The notes under the pieces were generated by a model. The model was given only the letters and a program-made list of their open reading frames with translations, had not been told where the DNA came from and ran no database searches. Below are positions 11,190-23,859 of a stretch of DNA of 64,000 nt, one piece after another. Numbering within the stretch: position 1 is the stretch's first letter; each line of letters begins with the position of its first letter. A program made the translations under genes and the position numbers. The stretch is taken from contig JBHGNT010000011.1 in the NCBI GenBank assembly GCA_043228905.1, forward strand, positions 1,984,001-2,048,000, read 5' to 3'. Source of the stretch: Azolla caroliniana (taxonomy: Eukaryota; Plantae; Polypodiophyta).

Positions 11190-14100
11190 TCAATTAGATT
11201 CCTCCATGTCTTCATTTACATCCACCCTATTATGTTCATCGTCAAGGTAATCGAGGTCAGGATCCTTGTCTTGCCTTTTAATGAAAATCTTTACTCTTTT
11301 TCCCGCAATGGGTATGGCCAACCTTGATCCGTCTAGTTCCGCAAGGTGGTATGTGGCATTATCGTTGGCACTTGTCACCACATACAGCCCGAACCATCCT
11401 CTTGCAAATTTCCTTGTTGTACTGTGTTGATTGTCAAGGGTGCTATCGTAAACCAAAACCCAATCCCCTTCTTCAATCTTCTTGGGACGAAGTCGATGCG
11501 TGTTGTCGAACCGAACCTTGTTCTTTACTCGGGCTGCCTTTATCATCTTTCGCGCTTTTTCTAAATCTTCAGGTCTTCTTTCAAGTTGCCTTATCCACGC
11601 CGCTAATAACTCTTCTCGGCTCATCTCGTTCTCCCACGGTATCGCTACCCATGAGGCGATCGTCCTTTCGATGGGCATAATCGGCTTTTGTCCATACATA
11701 AGCTCCGTCGGCATATACCCTATCACCGAGCTATGTGTCGTTCTATCGGCCCACAAGGCATAGGGTAATAGTCATGGCCAATTCCTGACTCGACCGTTGC
11801 ATGCCCATACGATGGCTTTAACGATAGGTCCATGCCCTCGCTCGATCTTCCCATTTGCTTCCGGATTGTAGGCAGTCGTGAGGGAGAGCTTCACGCCTAG
11901 TCTTTCGAAGAGCTCCGTCGCTTCCTGCGCATCCAACTCCCCTCGGTCGGCCACTATCTTCCCTACACATCCATATCGGCAAACAACATCTTCAAGTAGA
12001 AATTTGCAAACAGCTGAAGTCGTCTTATTTGTCAAGGCTCGTCCTTCCACTTGATTTGTCAAGTCTTCCCTTGCCAGCGCTAAGTACTTCATTTGTCCCA
12101 CTCCCATTGGCATTGAGACCAAATCCACCATCCATTTGAAGTGTATGGTGAGTGGGTATGTCGGCTTTAACTCATCACGATGACGTATATTTGAATATAC
12201 TTGGCAAGTTTCGCATGTGGACACGAAATGGAGTACATCTTTGTACATGCTTGGCCACCAGTACTTCTCCTTCAACTTTTCGAACGTCGCCCATGTTCCT
12301 CTATGACCTGCCCAAGCACTCTCGTGGAATTCGATCATCGGCGTCTCTTGCTCTTCTTTCTTTACCACCACTCGACGTGGTATTCTTGTCCTTCTTTTTG
12401 GATGTCACCAAAGGAATCCTCCCTTCAAGAAGTATCGGTAAGCTTTCTTTCGGATTCGTAGGGCCTCCTCCTTCGTCAACGAAGCATCTGTCGTCAATGT
12501 TCTTAGGAATCTACCGATGAGTAACCACTCCCCTTCGTACTCGTTCTTGTTGAAGGCGTGGAGGGTTTGCGTGTCCTGGTCTTCCGCCGACAATCGAGCC
12601 ATCTTGAAGAAGTCGAGGGCGACATCTTCATCTTCCAAAACCATGTTACTTCCATTTGAAAATCTTGCCCTCGACAGCATGTCAGCCATGGCGTTCTTCT
12701 TCCCTGCAATGTGACGGATCTCTGGGTTTAAAGACTTTATGTAGGCGATCCACCTTAGCATAGCAAGATCTGGGGTCGCACATCCCGAGACCATTCCGAG
12801 AATTGGGAGACAATCTGTCTCTATTATCACTTCTGACCCGATCAGGTAATCTTTGTCCGTCTTCATTGCCGACACAATACCCCAAAGTTCCCGCTTGACT
12901 TGGGCATATCTTTGTTGTCGTTCGCTGAGAACCTTTGCTCCAAACCGGACGGCATATCGCGCATTATCTTCACCTTCTTGATTGATGACCCACCCGATTC
13001 CGGTTGGGCTCGTACCTACGGTCATGTAAATTGGTTTCCCTTCGGCATAGTCGGCCTTCCTTAGTGCCGGAGCTTCAAGAAGTAGTTTCTTTAATCTTCG
13101 CATCGCCTTTGTGTGCTCGTCTCGCCATTCGAACTTTACTCTTTTCTTTAGTAGTCCATATAACGGTTCGGTGACATGAGCGTAGTGAGGAATCCATATA
13201 TCATAAAACGCGCAAGCTCCAAGGAACCTTCAAACCTCCGTTTGGTTTTCGCATTCTTCTTTCATGTCTTGGATTGCATTCACTTTGGATGGCAAGGCCT
13301 TTCGGCTGTATGCTCCATACAAGTGACCTACCACCAAGATCTCTGGTTGCCCGAATGCGGATTTTTCTCCCGAAAATGTCAAATTCGCATCTTTGAGCCT
13401 TTGAAGCACCTTCTCGCAATCTTTCATATGATCCGCAATGAACTTTCTACAACCTTCCTTATCTTTCGATTCATCTTTCTCCTCATCCGAACATCCTTTT
13501 ATCAGAATATCATCCAAGAATGGCATTGTGATGTCCGGAATGCAATCCTTCAAGACTTTATTCATGGCATTCACCATATGAGCCACCGAGTTCGTTGCGC
13601 CTTGGGGTAAGGTACACATCCGCACAAGCCGATCGGAGTCCTCATGGTTGTAATGTCCCGACTGTCGATCGCCAATTGGAATTGGTCATATCCGGAGTAG
13701 AGATCGCCAATGGAGTAGATGGACCGGCCCGCAAACGCTTCGGCAAATTCGTCCACCCTCGGACCGATTCCGGCATTTCGAATTGTCACCTTGTTGACGT
13801 GTTGAAGATCTTGGATGAATCGCAATGATCCATTCTTCTTCGGCACCGTGAACCACCTATTGGAATAAGGAGCATTCGACGGTTCTAGAATTCCCATACT
13901 CACCTTCTCCTTTAAGAGCTCAATCAGCTTCGGAAGGTGTGCTCTCGGAACCGGTATCGGTTTCAAATTCCAAGGCACATGAGGCACCGTGAAGATCACC
14001 ATCGACTCTATAACCTTTGGGTCGGCGCATCCGATTTCTCGTGGGAAGAATGCGAAAGCCTTCCCATGTCTCTCAAGCATATCGCGAAACATTCGCTCCT

Positions 14101-16877
14101 CTTCAGGGAGAAGGAAATCCTCCTTTCCAACTCGTAGCTTCCCCTTCCTCTCTTTGGTGAAGACATGACCTATCTTCTTCGGATCTCTTAAGCTTGGATC
14201 GTTAGCGACTTCCTTCATCTTTTGCCAGCTATCTTCTGGTAGTGGAACCGCAACTGGCTTGATCTTCTTATCCACCGTTTTATATTTCGTGTTGATGTCA
14301 GCTTCCTTCATCGAGATGCCACAACGGTATTCATCGATGATAGCGTACATGTTGACGGAGTTAACCGAAATCACGCGTTGGTTGTGAAGATAGCTCAAGT
14401 CCACGACGTCCTCGATTTCGCCGATGGTATCGTTAAATGAGGCTTCTTCCATAATATGAGTCACGAACTCTCCTTCTTCTATTATGTTCTCTTCTTTCAG
14501 CATCTTCTCGAATTCTTGTATCCGGCACTTGTGCTTCTTGTCAGGTAGTACTAGTTTACATGCGCCACTAGGTGTGACACATTTGCTTCTCCTTGCAATC
14601 CACGCACTCTTCTTTCTTGTGGGGTCTTGTGATCGCTCAGACTATTTGTGCCCCATGCTTCAATATTCCGCTCTAAAAATCCGAGGATTCGCCTCCGAGA
14701 CTATCTTGATTCCTTTCATGATTAGCTCGCACCGTTAGGAATTGGACTGATCTTTGGTTGTCAAGACTCTTTATTCGTGTGAAGGCTGCTCCATTATCAA
14801 ACACTTTGGTCTCCATCCGAGATGATATAATATAAGGTTGCCCTAGGATGACAGGATGCGACGCCGATTCTTGTACGAAGAAGTGTTGATCCATCTCCAC
14901 ATCCCCGATCGTGACTTTGACATTGGGACAAGCTCCGTACAAGTCCTCCGTAGACTTTGTTGCCGCGCGAATCTTCCATCCCTGGTTTGTATTGATTGGC
15001 CATCTTCCCTTTTTGTAGAAGTCGGTTGACATGAGGTTGATCTCCGAGCCGTGGTCGATCAAGGCTACGACGGTCTCTTTCTTCTCCCCGATCTTCACCG
15101 GCGTCTCCGTTGTCGCTCATGCCCAATGAGGTCAAGTGTAGTGGCTGTCCACCATATCTTCATCGATTTCGTCTCTTGCCATCGTTATGGCATTCGTTTT
15201 TGCTTTCTGCGGCTTCTCTTCTTCCTCGTCCGATTGTTGTCTCTTTCTCTTTACAAGGTCCACGATCGTGTGATGGAACTCCTTCTTCGTAATGCCAAGC
15301 AATTCCCTCAAGGACAAAGTTACGTGGCTATCAAGAACTCGTTCTTCGAGAATCTTCTTTAGGTCCGTCGTCTGCTCTATGTCCGACCTTAGCTTATAGG
15401 TAGGTATAGTCCTTGTCCTCCGAGCGGGGTCTTCGACACCAACCTTCACGGGCCGAACCGTTTCTTCAACTCGTATGCTCAGCTCCCCTTTTTGGCTTGA
15501 TTCTCGTTCCTCCGTTTGTAAAGGTCGACTCGTCTCCGCATCGTCCTTCTTTTTCGCGTTCCTTGTTTCATGTCTATTTGATGGGCCTTGCTCTTCTATT
15601 CTCTTTCTCTTTTCTTCGACGAACACCTCGTGGTTGTCGCACATCACCTCTGCGAGTATGGTGTTTTCGTCCACCGGATCCGACCACCCGGTTATGCTTT
15701 GCACGCTTCGGTCCGCAAGCTCTACCTCGTTCGATGTGACTTTTCCCTTCTTCTCATATTCGAGAACGGAAGTCCAAAACTTTGCTCCCACTCTAGCAGC
15801 TTCAGTCTTGTCTTTCCCGACTCTTATTCCGGCCGACGCAGCATAGTGCATCGCATCCACATGAGTCGCATCGGCATCCTCCATAGATTTCTTCATTCCT
15901 CCTCTTCCGAAATTCACCCGTAGGGGTCTTCTAGTCTCGCTTGAGCAGATCATGTTGTCCTCTATGTATATGATATTTTGTCGAATCGCCTCTCGAAGGT
16001 TCGCACAATCCCTTCTCATGTGGTCCATGCTATCGCACCACACGCATCTAAAGGGTTCTTTTCCTTTAGGGCCCCGACAATTCATCTTGGCTAGTATGAC
16101 CTTCTCGAACTTTATTGCTAGCTCTTCAATGATGTCGTCATCAATCTTCTTTTCTTCCACGTTACTTTGTCTTGGCGGCTCAGCTACTTTCGGCGGTCTT
16201 GCTTTCTCCGTGGTAGTCGATCCCGTCAAGTCGGTGTCATCAACCCATTGGTGACGCTTGTCGAGCCTATTGCATGCCCGCTTCACCGCGATCCAGTCTG
16301 CTACGAGCCCATTTGTTTGGGTATCATCTTCGAGAAGAGTCCCCAACTCCCGTCTATCCTTTATGTCCACAACCTTCAAGAAGTACAAAGTCTTGTCCTC
16401 TTCAAGCAACACTTGGTCCGTATTGGGGAGACGACTAAACATCTAGTCGAATTCGTCGTACACCCTCGAGACGCTCATCTTCTTATTCTTCTTCTCTATC
16501 CACTTCATCAGGGCATGTCGAGTCATCCTCGTTGAGTCTTCAGTCACAAACTCCGCTAGTATCGTTTTCTCGAACTCGGACCATGTTGTCTTACCTTCTT
16601 GAAGCTCGATGACGCGTCTTTGGATGTTGTTGGCGACAACTCTCTTGAAGCTTACGATTTGACGTGCCTCGGACACGTCCCTCTGATTCATCTCCCTTCT
16701 ATATGCATCAAGGAACTTCGTAACGTTCCTTCCATCGAATTGGCCCTCAAGCTCTACGACACGATCGACAGCCTTCTCCACGCTCGCGTCGTTGTCCCGA
16801 GATCTCATCATTTGCTCGACGATTCGCATCATCCTTTCGAGCTCTCCCGCTTGGTTGCTTGAGGACGCCATCTCCAA
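11190..16877 (-). pseudogene. gypsy gag-protease and RT-RNaseH-integrase ORFs broken by stops and frameshifts
   Basis: ORF pieces 16443-16877, 15132-16442, 14673-15098, 13571-14503, 13230-13625, 12405-13103, 11772-12371, 11190-11756. Confidence 0.92.
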
Positions 16878-16938
16878 GTATTAATCTCGACTTGATCCTT
16901 CCTACCACCTCTTTCACGCCAGGTTCACGACTTAATTA

Positions 16939-18059
16939 TGTCGTGAAGATCCGTCACTACGCGCGGATCGTGAGGCGGAACCGTCGGGGTTCTGGACCGG
17001 AAGGATTCAAAGTCGGTACAAGCTTTGGCGAGAAAGTACTTAAGATAGATTGGGAAAGAGAGAAGTTGAGATTAAACGATTGAGAGAGATTGATTGAACT
17101 TTTATCTTTGGATTTAAGAAACAAGTTACACCATCAATTTGATAACGAATTTCTTCTTCTTAATTTCATAATAAATAAAAACCGTGTTTTTTCTCCTCCC
17201 CCTTCTTCTTTTATAGATGCTCCCATGCATATGATGCATGTGAGGGTACAACACATGCATAAATTGCATGTTTGCCATTTGGTGCTTATGTATTACATGT
17301 GGTGCATGATAACCATGTCACTCATTTTAGCTCTCATGTATGAGAATTTACATGTAAAAGTACAATGATAGAAATATAATTTCAACTAAATAGCATCGCT
17401 TAATGGTAAGCCAATTCACTCCTAACTTGGAGGTGCAAGGTTCGAATCCTTACTTGCCCTCCTTGTATATGTATATATATATGTATATATATTTATATAT
17501 TTATTTATCTAGTCGTCGGACGCCGGTTCGTCGGATGCCGTCGGTTACCGGTGCCCCGCCGGATGCCGTCATCGGATGCCGCCGCCTCACCGTCGCCGGA
17601 TTGCCGTCGGGGTGTCTCACTGGCTCCGGATGCCGTCGGATTGCCGTCGGATGCCACTGGATCATCGCCGGTCCGGTTTTGGTTGGCCAAAACCCTTTAC
17701 GAGTAGCTAGCCCACCTCCACTCTTAGTTTAAGTTACCTTGAACTCTCTATGCTCCACACATAAACACAAAGATAATATCTTTTGCTCAACCTTATATAT
17801 GATGAGAACCGTATTTGTCATGCCTATGTGGGATATCTCACAATTTCTCTTTTCTTTTCACAAACTTTATACCCTCATATCTTGACATTTAGTTGTCCGT
17901 TTCTCGTGTAATAAAGTTCATTCGAAACCTCCATCATTTTGTACTTAGATATTAAATTTATTTAAAATGTTATGTTCACAATTATTGTATTATGTGATTT
18001 ATACTCGATTTTGTACGTTTTATGGGATTTTCACACTATTGCCGAAAATCTTCATGACA
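16939..18059 (-). repeat. 5' LTR of the gypsy element (1121 bp)
   Basis: TGTCGTGAAGA...TCTTCATGACA inverted termini; direct repeat of 10175-11117. Confidence 0.92.
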
Positions 18060-21000
18060 ACGTAGTGTGAGCTTTGTTGGTTCCCTTGTCCGGCCTTGCC
18101 GGATCCGAATTTATCTAAATCTGCACGCTTCTTCCAGCACTCGTTCTCACAATCACCCTTCCCTTGCCAGTTTCCGATGCCGTTTTGACTCCCCCTGCTT
18201 GTGGAGGGTCTGGATTTTCTCTCGGCATTATCTTCGTGCCTCCAGTTCTGCTCTTGTCGGTCGCCGCTATTGCGTGCCGACTCACCATGTCCTCCACGCC
18301 CACAGGGGTCGATCCGTCTCCGTGTACAGCATTCGGTTGTCTGATTGAGTGGCCCTTTACTCACTTGCGTGGTTTTCTTCTACCATGAGCATCAATTGCA
18401 GGTCAAAGAAGGACGGTGGCTTCTCCCGGGTGCAAATTTCCGTTCGGATTGGCCCATACCGGTGTCCTAGACCACCGACGCAAATCTGGACCATCTCGTC
18501 TTCATCCACTGTCACGTTGTTGAACCTGAACGCATCGCAAATCTCCTTGATCTTGGTGGTGTAATCGGAGACCGACATGTCCCGTTGCCGAATATTGTTG
18601 AGCTCTTGCCGGAGCTGCAACTTCTGAGTCATGGTACTTACAGCAAAAATCTTCCAGAGATTTTCCCAGGCCTCCTTTGGTGGTTTTGCATCTCTGATGT
18701 AGCCAAGCATCTGGTAGTGCACACAGGACGCGGGCAGTACAACACCCTGCTCGTTCCTTGTTCCCATACCGGAAAGTCCTTGTGTGCCGAATTCGGCGCT
18801 ACTTCATTCGCTCCTTCCACGTAGCTCTAATATCCATTCCCCATCAGGCACTAGTGCATTTTATACGATTAGGACGCATAGTTGCACCAGTCGAGCTTTT
18901 CTGTTTGAAGCGAGCTCGCCATGCTTCTGTCCTCGGTATGTTCTTTTACCTGTGGTTAGGATTTGTCTTCAAAAACAAAACGCTTGTTGGCAGTAGAGGT
19001 TCTCAACCCTCGCACTCTAATACCATGTCAAAGTTAATATGCAGAAGCTTTGACAAACCGGTTTACCCGGATAGCAACAGAAAACAGAGAATGAAGGTTC
19101 AATGGAAGCTTAAGAACAGAGAATACAAAGGAGAGATAGAGAGAGCAGAAAGCATAAACTCAATTCAAAATAATAACACTCTAGACATAGAATGTGCTCA
19201 GTGAGCACTTTTATACTTCAATGCTCATACGAGCGACTGACACTAACTCCAAGGAATCTACCTATATACTGTGAGGAATAGCAGGGAATACTGCTCAGCC
19301 ACAATCGATTCTTGAATCACTTCGATAAGAGTGCAACACAGGAATGGAAATAGACGTACACACAAAAGAGAGTACACAAGATGTTTACGTGGAAAACCCT
19401 AAATGGGAAAAACCACGGGAGCCCACAGACTCCGAACTATTACTATGAAGAGAAGGGGTACAATCAGATACTCATAGGTAGCGACCTCGAGCTCGGTTTC
19501 TTTGCTAGGAGGTGGTTACAACAGAGTATCACTTTGTATCACTCTACCTCTCTCTCTACCTCTCTCTCTCTATCGCTCTCTCTATACAACAGTTACAACA
19601 ACAATAACGACTACACATATAAAGTGATTTCCCTAAGTCATATTTATACTTATATGAACTTAGGGCTATTTACAAATATAGCCTCAATAGGCTTACTCAG
19701 AAACATATTTACAGATATGTCTTCTACATCCGGTTCTCACCGGGTCTTCTACATCCAGTTCTCACCGGGTCTTCTATGTGCGGTTCTCAAGATCCCATCC
19801 GGAGGGACCGAAATCCCAACAATATCCCCCTTCACTCCGAAATGGGATGTTTCGTCAGCTCGATCCGCGTCCGGCATGCGTCCAACTTGTCGGGTGTCAA
19901 CACTTTGGTCAGCATGTCCGACCCGTTCTCCTCCGTGTGGATTTTTGTCAGCACGAACTCTTCATCTTCTACTCTTTCCCGGATCCAGTGGTACCTCCGC
20001 TGGATATGTGTCGTCCGGGAATGGAAGGCCGCGTTCTTTGCAAGGTGGATGGCACTCTGACTGTCGCAATAGAGCTGGTATTCCTTCTGTTGGATCCCTA
20101 GCTCACCGATGAAGTCCTTCATCCAGATTATTTCCTTGCCAGCTTCCACAACTGCCATGTACTCCGCTTCCGTGGTTGACAACGCAGCCATCTTCTGAAG
20201 TCTCGATTGCCACGAGACAGCTCCCCCTACACAAGTCATGACATATCTGGATGTCGACCAGTTGGTATCCACATCAACCGACATATCCAAATCCGTGAAT
20301 CCGTTAAGTTGGGGATTACCGGAGCCGAATCGGAGGCACATGCTCGAGGTGCCTTTCAAATACCAGAGTATCCACTTGACCGCGTTCCAGTGCTCTCTTC
20401 CGGGATTCCTCATGAACCGGCTCACCACTCCGACTGCATATCTGATATCCAGCCGGGTACATACCATCACGTACATCAAGCTCCCAATGGCAAAGGCATA
20501 TGGTATCTTCATCATATCTGCCTTCTCTACCTTTGTCCTTAGGAACTTCTTTCCGGATAGCTTGCAGTTTGCCGGAAGTGTTGATCCGTCCGGTTTCGCA
20601 TCTGACATGTTGAACCGCTAAAGCACCTTCGTCATGTACTTTTCCTGTGACACCCACAATAGCTTCTTCGACCAGTCCCGGATGATGTGCATCCCCAATA
20701 TCTGTCTTGTCGGACCCAAGTCTTTCATTAAGAAGGTCTGGTTCAGAGCCTTCTTCAGCATCTGAATCTTGCCTTGGTCTCGTCCAACGATCAGCATATC
20801 ATCCACATACAAGAGGAGTATCAAGAAATCTCCTCCGTCGAATTTCTTCACAAACACAAAGTGATCGGCTTGCGTCTTGTGGTACCCTTGGTCAGTCATG
20901 AAGGAGTCCAATTTCCGGTACCCTTGTTGGGGAGCTTGCTTCAGTCCGTATAGGCTCTTCTTCAGCCGACACACCAGGTGCTCCTTCCCTTTCTTCTCAA

Positions 21001-23730
21001 ATCCTTCCGGTTGATGCATGTAGATCTCTTCTTCGAGGTCACCATGGAGGAATGTTGTCTTCACGTCCAGTTGCTCTACCTCAAGGTCCATGTTTGCCGT
21101 TATGCCCAATACCATACGGATGGATGTCATCTTTACTACCAGGGCAAAGATCTCATCGAAATCCACTCCTTTCTACTGCTAGAAGCCCTTCACCACGATT
21201 CGGGTCTTATACCTGGGTGGGTTTCCGGCACCTCCTAGTTTCAATTTGTACACCCACTTATTCCGGAGTGCTCTCTTCCCTTTCAGCAACTCCGTTAGTT
21301 CATATGTGTGGTTCTCATGTAGGGAATCCATCTCATCCTACATGGCACTCAACCATTTGCGGTTGTGGGTGTCTCTCTTTGCTTCTTCGAAGCTTTCTGG
21401 CTCCCCCTCATCGATTAGCAACACATGCTCTGCATCCGGAAATCTCCGGGGGGCTCTTATTTCTCGGAGAGGATATCTCCGTCCCTGGTTTCTAACTACC
21501 AGCTCCTCCGTTTGTTCCGAATCCGAATCTTATTCGAGATCTTGTCTGGTTCCGGTGTCTTCTTCTTCTTCTTCTTTGGTCGGTTCGGTTTCTTGTCTGA
21601 ATCCGGCCAGTTCGTCGAGTGTCATCTAGTTACTAGCTAACATCCGGCTTTCAACTGGGTTGGTCCTTGGGTCCTCAGGCCGGTTTTCATTAGATGATCC
21701 GGAGTTGGAAATCTTCTTCTCCGACTCCCAGTCGGCAATGGTCCTATCTTCCATGAAGACTATGTCCCGACTCTGAAACACCTTCTTGTCGACCAGATCC
21801 CACACCCGGTAACCAAACTCATCGTCGCCATATCCAAGTAATATGCATGGCTTGGACTTAGGATCCAACTTTGCTCTCTTGTCCTTCGTCACATACATGT
21901 ATGCGAGACATCCGAACACCTTCAGATGCCAGTAAGAGACATCTTTACCGGTTCATACTTTCTGAGGTGTGTCTCCGTCCAAGGGTATTGAGGGTAATCT
22001 GTTTATCACATAGGTCGCCGTCGACAGCACCTCAGCCCAAAACGTCTTGGGTAACTTGGCATGTGCGAGCATGCTCCGGACTCTCTCCATTATGGTCTGG
22101 TTCATCCTTTCGGCCAGCCCATTTAGTTCCGGCGTCTTCAGCACGGTGAATTCGAACCGGATTCCCTTCGACTAGCAGAACTCCACAAACTACCCTCGGT
22201 ATTCTCCTCCGTTATTTGCTCAAACCGCCTTCAACTTCCGGCCGGTTTCTCTTTCCACTCTCGCATGGAGCTCCTTGAAGACGGATAGCACCTGATCGTT
22301 CGTCTTCAATTGTGAGACCCATAGCTTCCGGTTGTGGTCATCTATGAACGTCACAAATTACTGGGTTCCGGCATGTGATTTCGTGTCCACTTGACAAACA
22401 TTGGTATGCACCAGCTCTAGTGGTGCATTCTGTCTCATCGGTGTCCTTGACCGGAAGGAGGTTCGGTTTTGCTTGCCGGCGAACCAGTCAGTGCACTTCT
22501 CAAGTTGCACGTCCTTCACCGGAATGAGGTTGTCTTCGACAAGCCTCTTCATCCCCTTCTCACTCATGTGACACGGTCTTTTGTGCCACAGCTCACCGGC
22601 AATGTCGGATGCTACGTTCACTTCTTCCCAGCATGTCCGAGCATTCATCAAGTACAGTGTGTTGATCTTCCGGGCTCGAGCCAATATTAGGCTCCCTTTG
22701 CTGAACTTCATGACTCCGTTCCGGATGCTACCCGTGTAGCCTTCATCATCTAGCCGACCAGCTAATATCAGGTTCAGTCGAACATCCGGAACGTGTCGGA
22801 CATCCTTCTGTAGCAACTTGCATCTGGTTGATATCATCAACAACACATCTCCTATGCCTATAATTCGGCATGTCCCTTCATTCCCCATCCGAACACAATC
22901 ATGCTCACCGGCTATGTAGGATGAGAAGCATTTCCGGTCCGGGGTAAGGTGGAACGACGCTTCGGAATCGACAACCCACGTTGTCTCGTCGGCGGCAAGG
23001 TTCAACTCACTCTCCTCGGTGATGAGCATTAGTTCTTCTTCACTTACCGCGATCGTCGTCGCTCCCTTCTAGTCTGGGCCTCGTCGATCCGAACCGTTTT
23101 GGTCTGGTGACTTCTTCGAATCGGTGTTGTTGGTTCCCTTGTCTTTCCAGAAATGCTGACAATTCTTCTAGAAGTGTCTCGGGTTGCTGCAATAGAAGCA
23201 AGTGGGCCTCCCCCTTGACTTTGATCGTGTCCCGAGTTTTCCCGGTTCTGGGGACTCCGATTCCTTTGTCTTCCGCTTTCCGATTCGGTAAGGAGGGCTT
23301 TGTCATCGGAGATCACCTCCTTGTCTTTCCGACGCGCCTCCTCATCTAGCAAGCTTGACTTGACTCTTGCTAGGGATAGTTGTTTTCCTTCCGGCCCGGC
23401 GTTGCCCAACGTGACAACTCATGTCTCCCAACTATCTGGGACGGAACCGAGCAGGAGTAGAGCAAGTACCTCATCGGCGAGAGGTACTTCCAATGAGGTT
23501 TCCTGATATATCAGCCCCTGGATGGCATTTATGTGCTCCGCCATACTAGAGTCGTCCTGGTACCAGAGCCTCACTAGCTTCCGGAATGCCGAAACCCGAT
23601 TAACGGCATTCTTGTTCTAGAACATGATGTCGATCTTCTCCCAGAGTTCATGATCCTTGCTCTCTTCATTGAAGTTGTTGTACAACCTCATGTCGATGAA
23701 GCACCGGATGTATGTCGTCATCGTCATGTG

Positions 23731-23820
23731 TGAAAAGAATGATGTGCGGAAGCAATATAGGAAAACCGAACAACAGAAAATGTAGGTTTAATGGAAAGCT
23801 TAGGTCTTCACAGTACGCAC

Positions 23821-23859
<39 letters not shown>

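Larger units (their letters stand above)
10175..18059 (-). mobile_element. Ty3/gypsy LTR retrotransposon, near full length, degenerate
   Basis: LTRs 16939-18059 and 10175-11117 (left copy lacks ~156 bp of U5); PPT 11118-11130; gag FDGRNVTKFL, CVWCDSMDHMRRDC, protease LIDHGSEIN, RT GDLYSGYDQ/LPQGATNS/FLDD, RNaseH, integrase GHRG..C..C and YNPEANG; order PR-RT-RH-INT. Confidence 0.95.

Noticed and set aside
19381-20112. 243-aa plus-strand ORF
   Set aside because: Spans LTR microsatellite and antisense RNaseH; not protein-like
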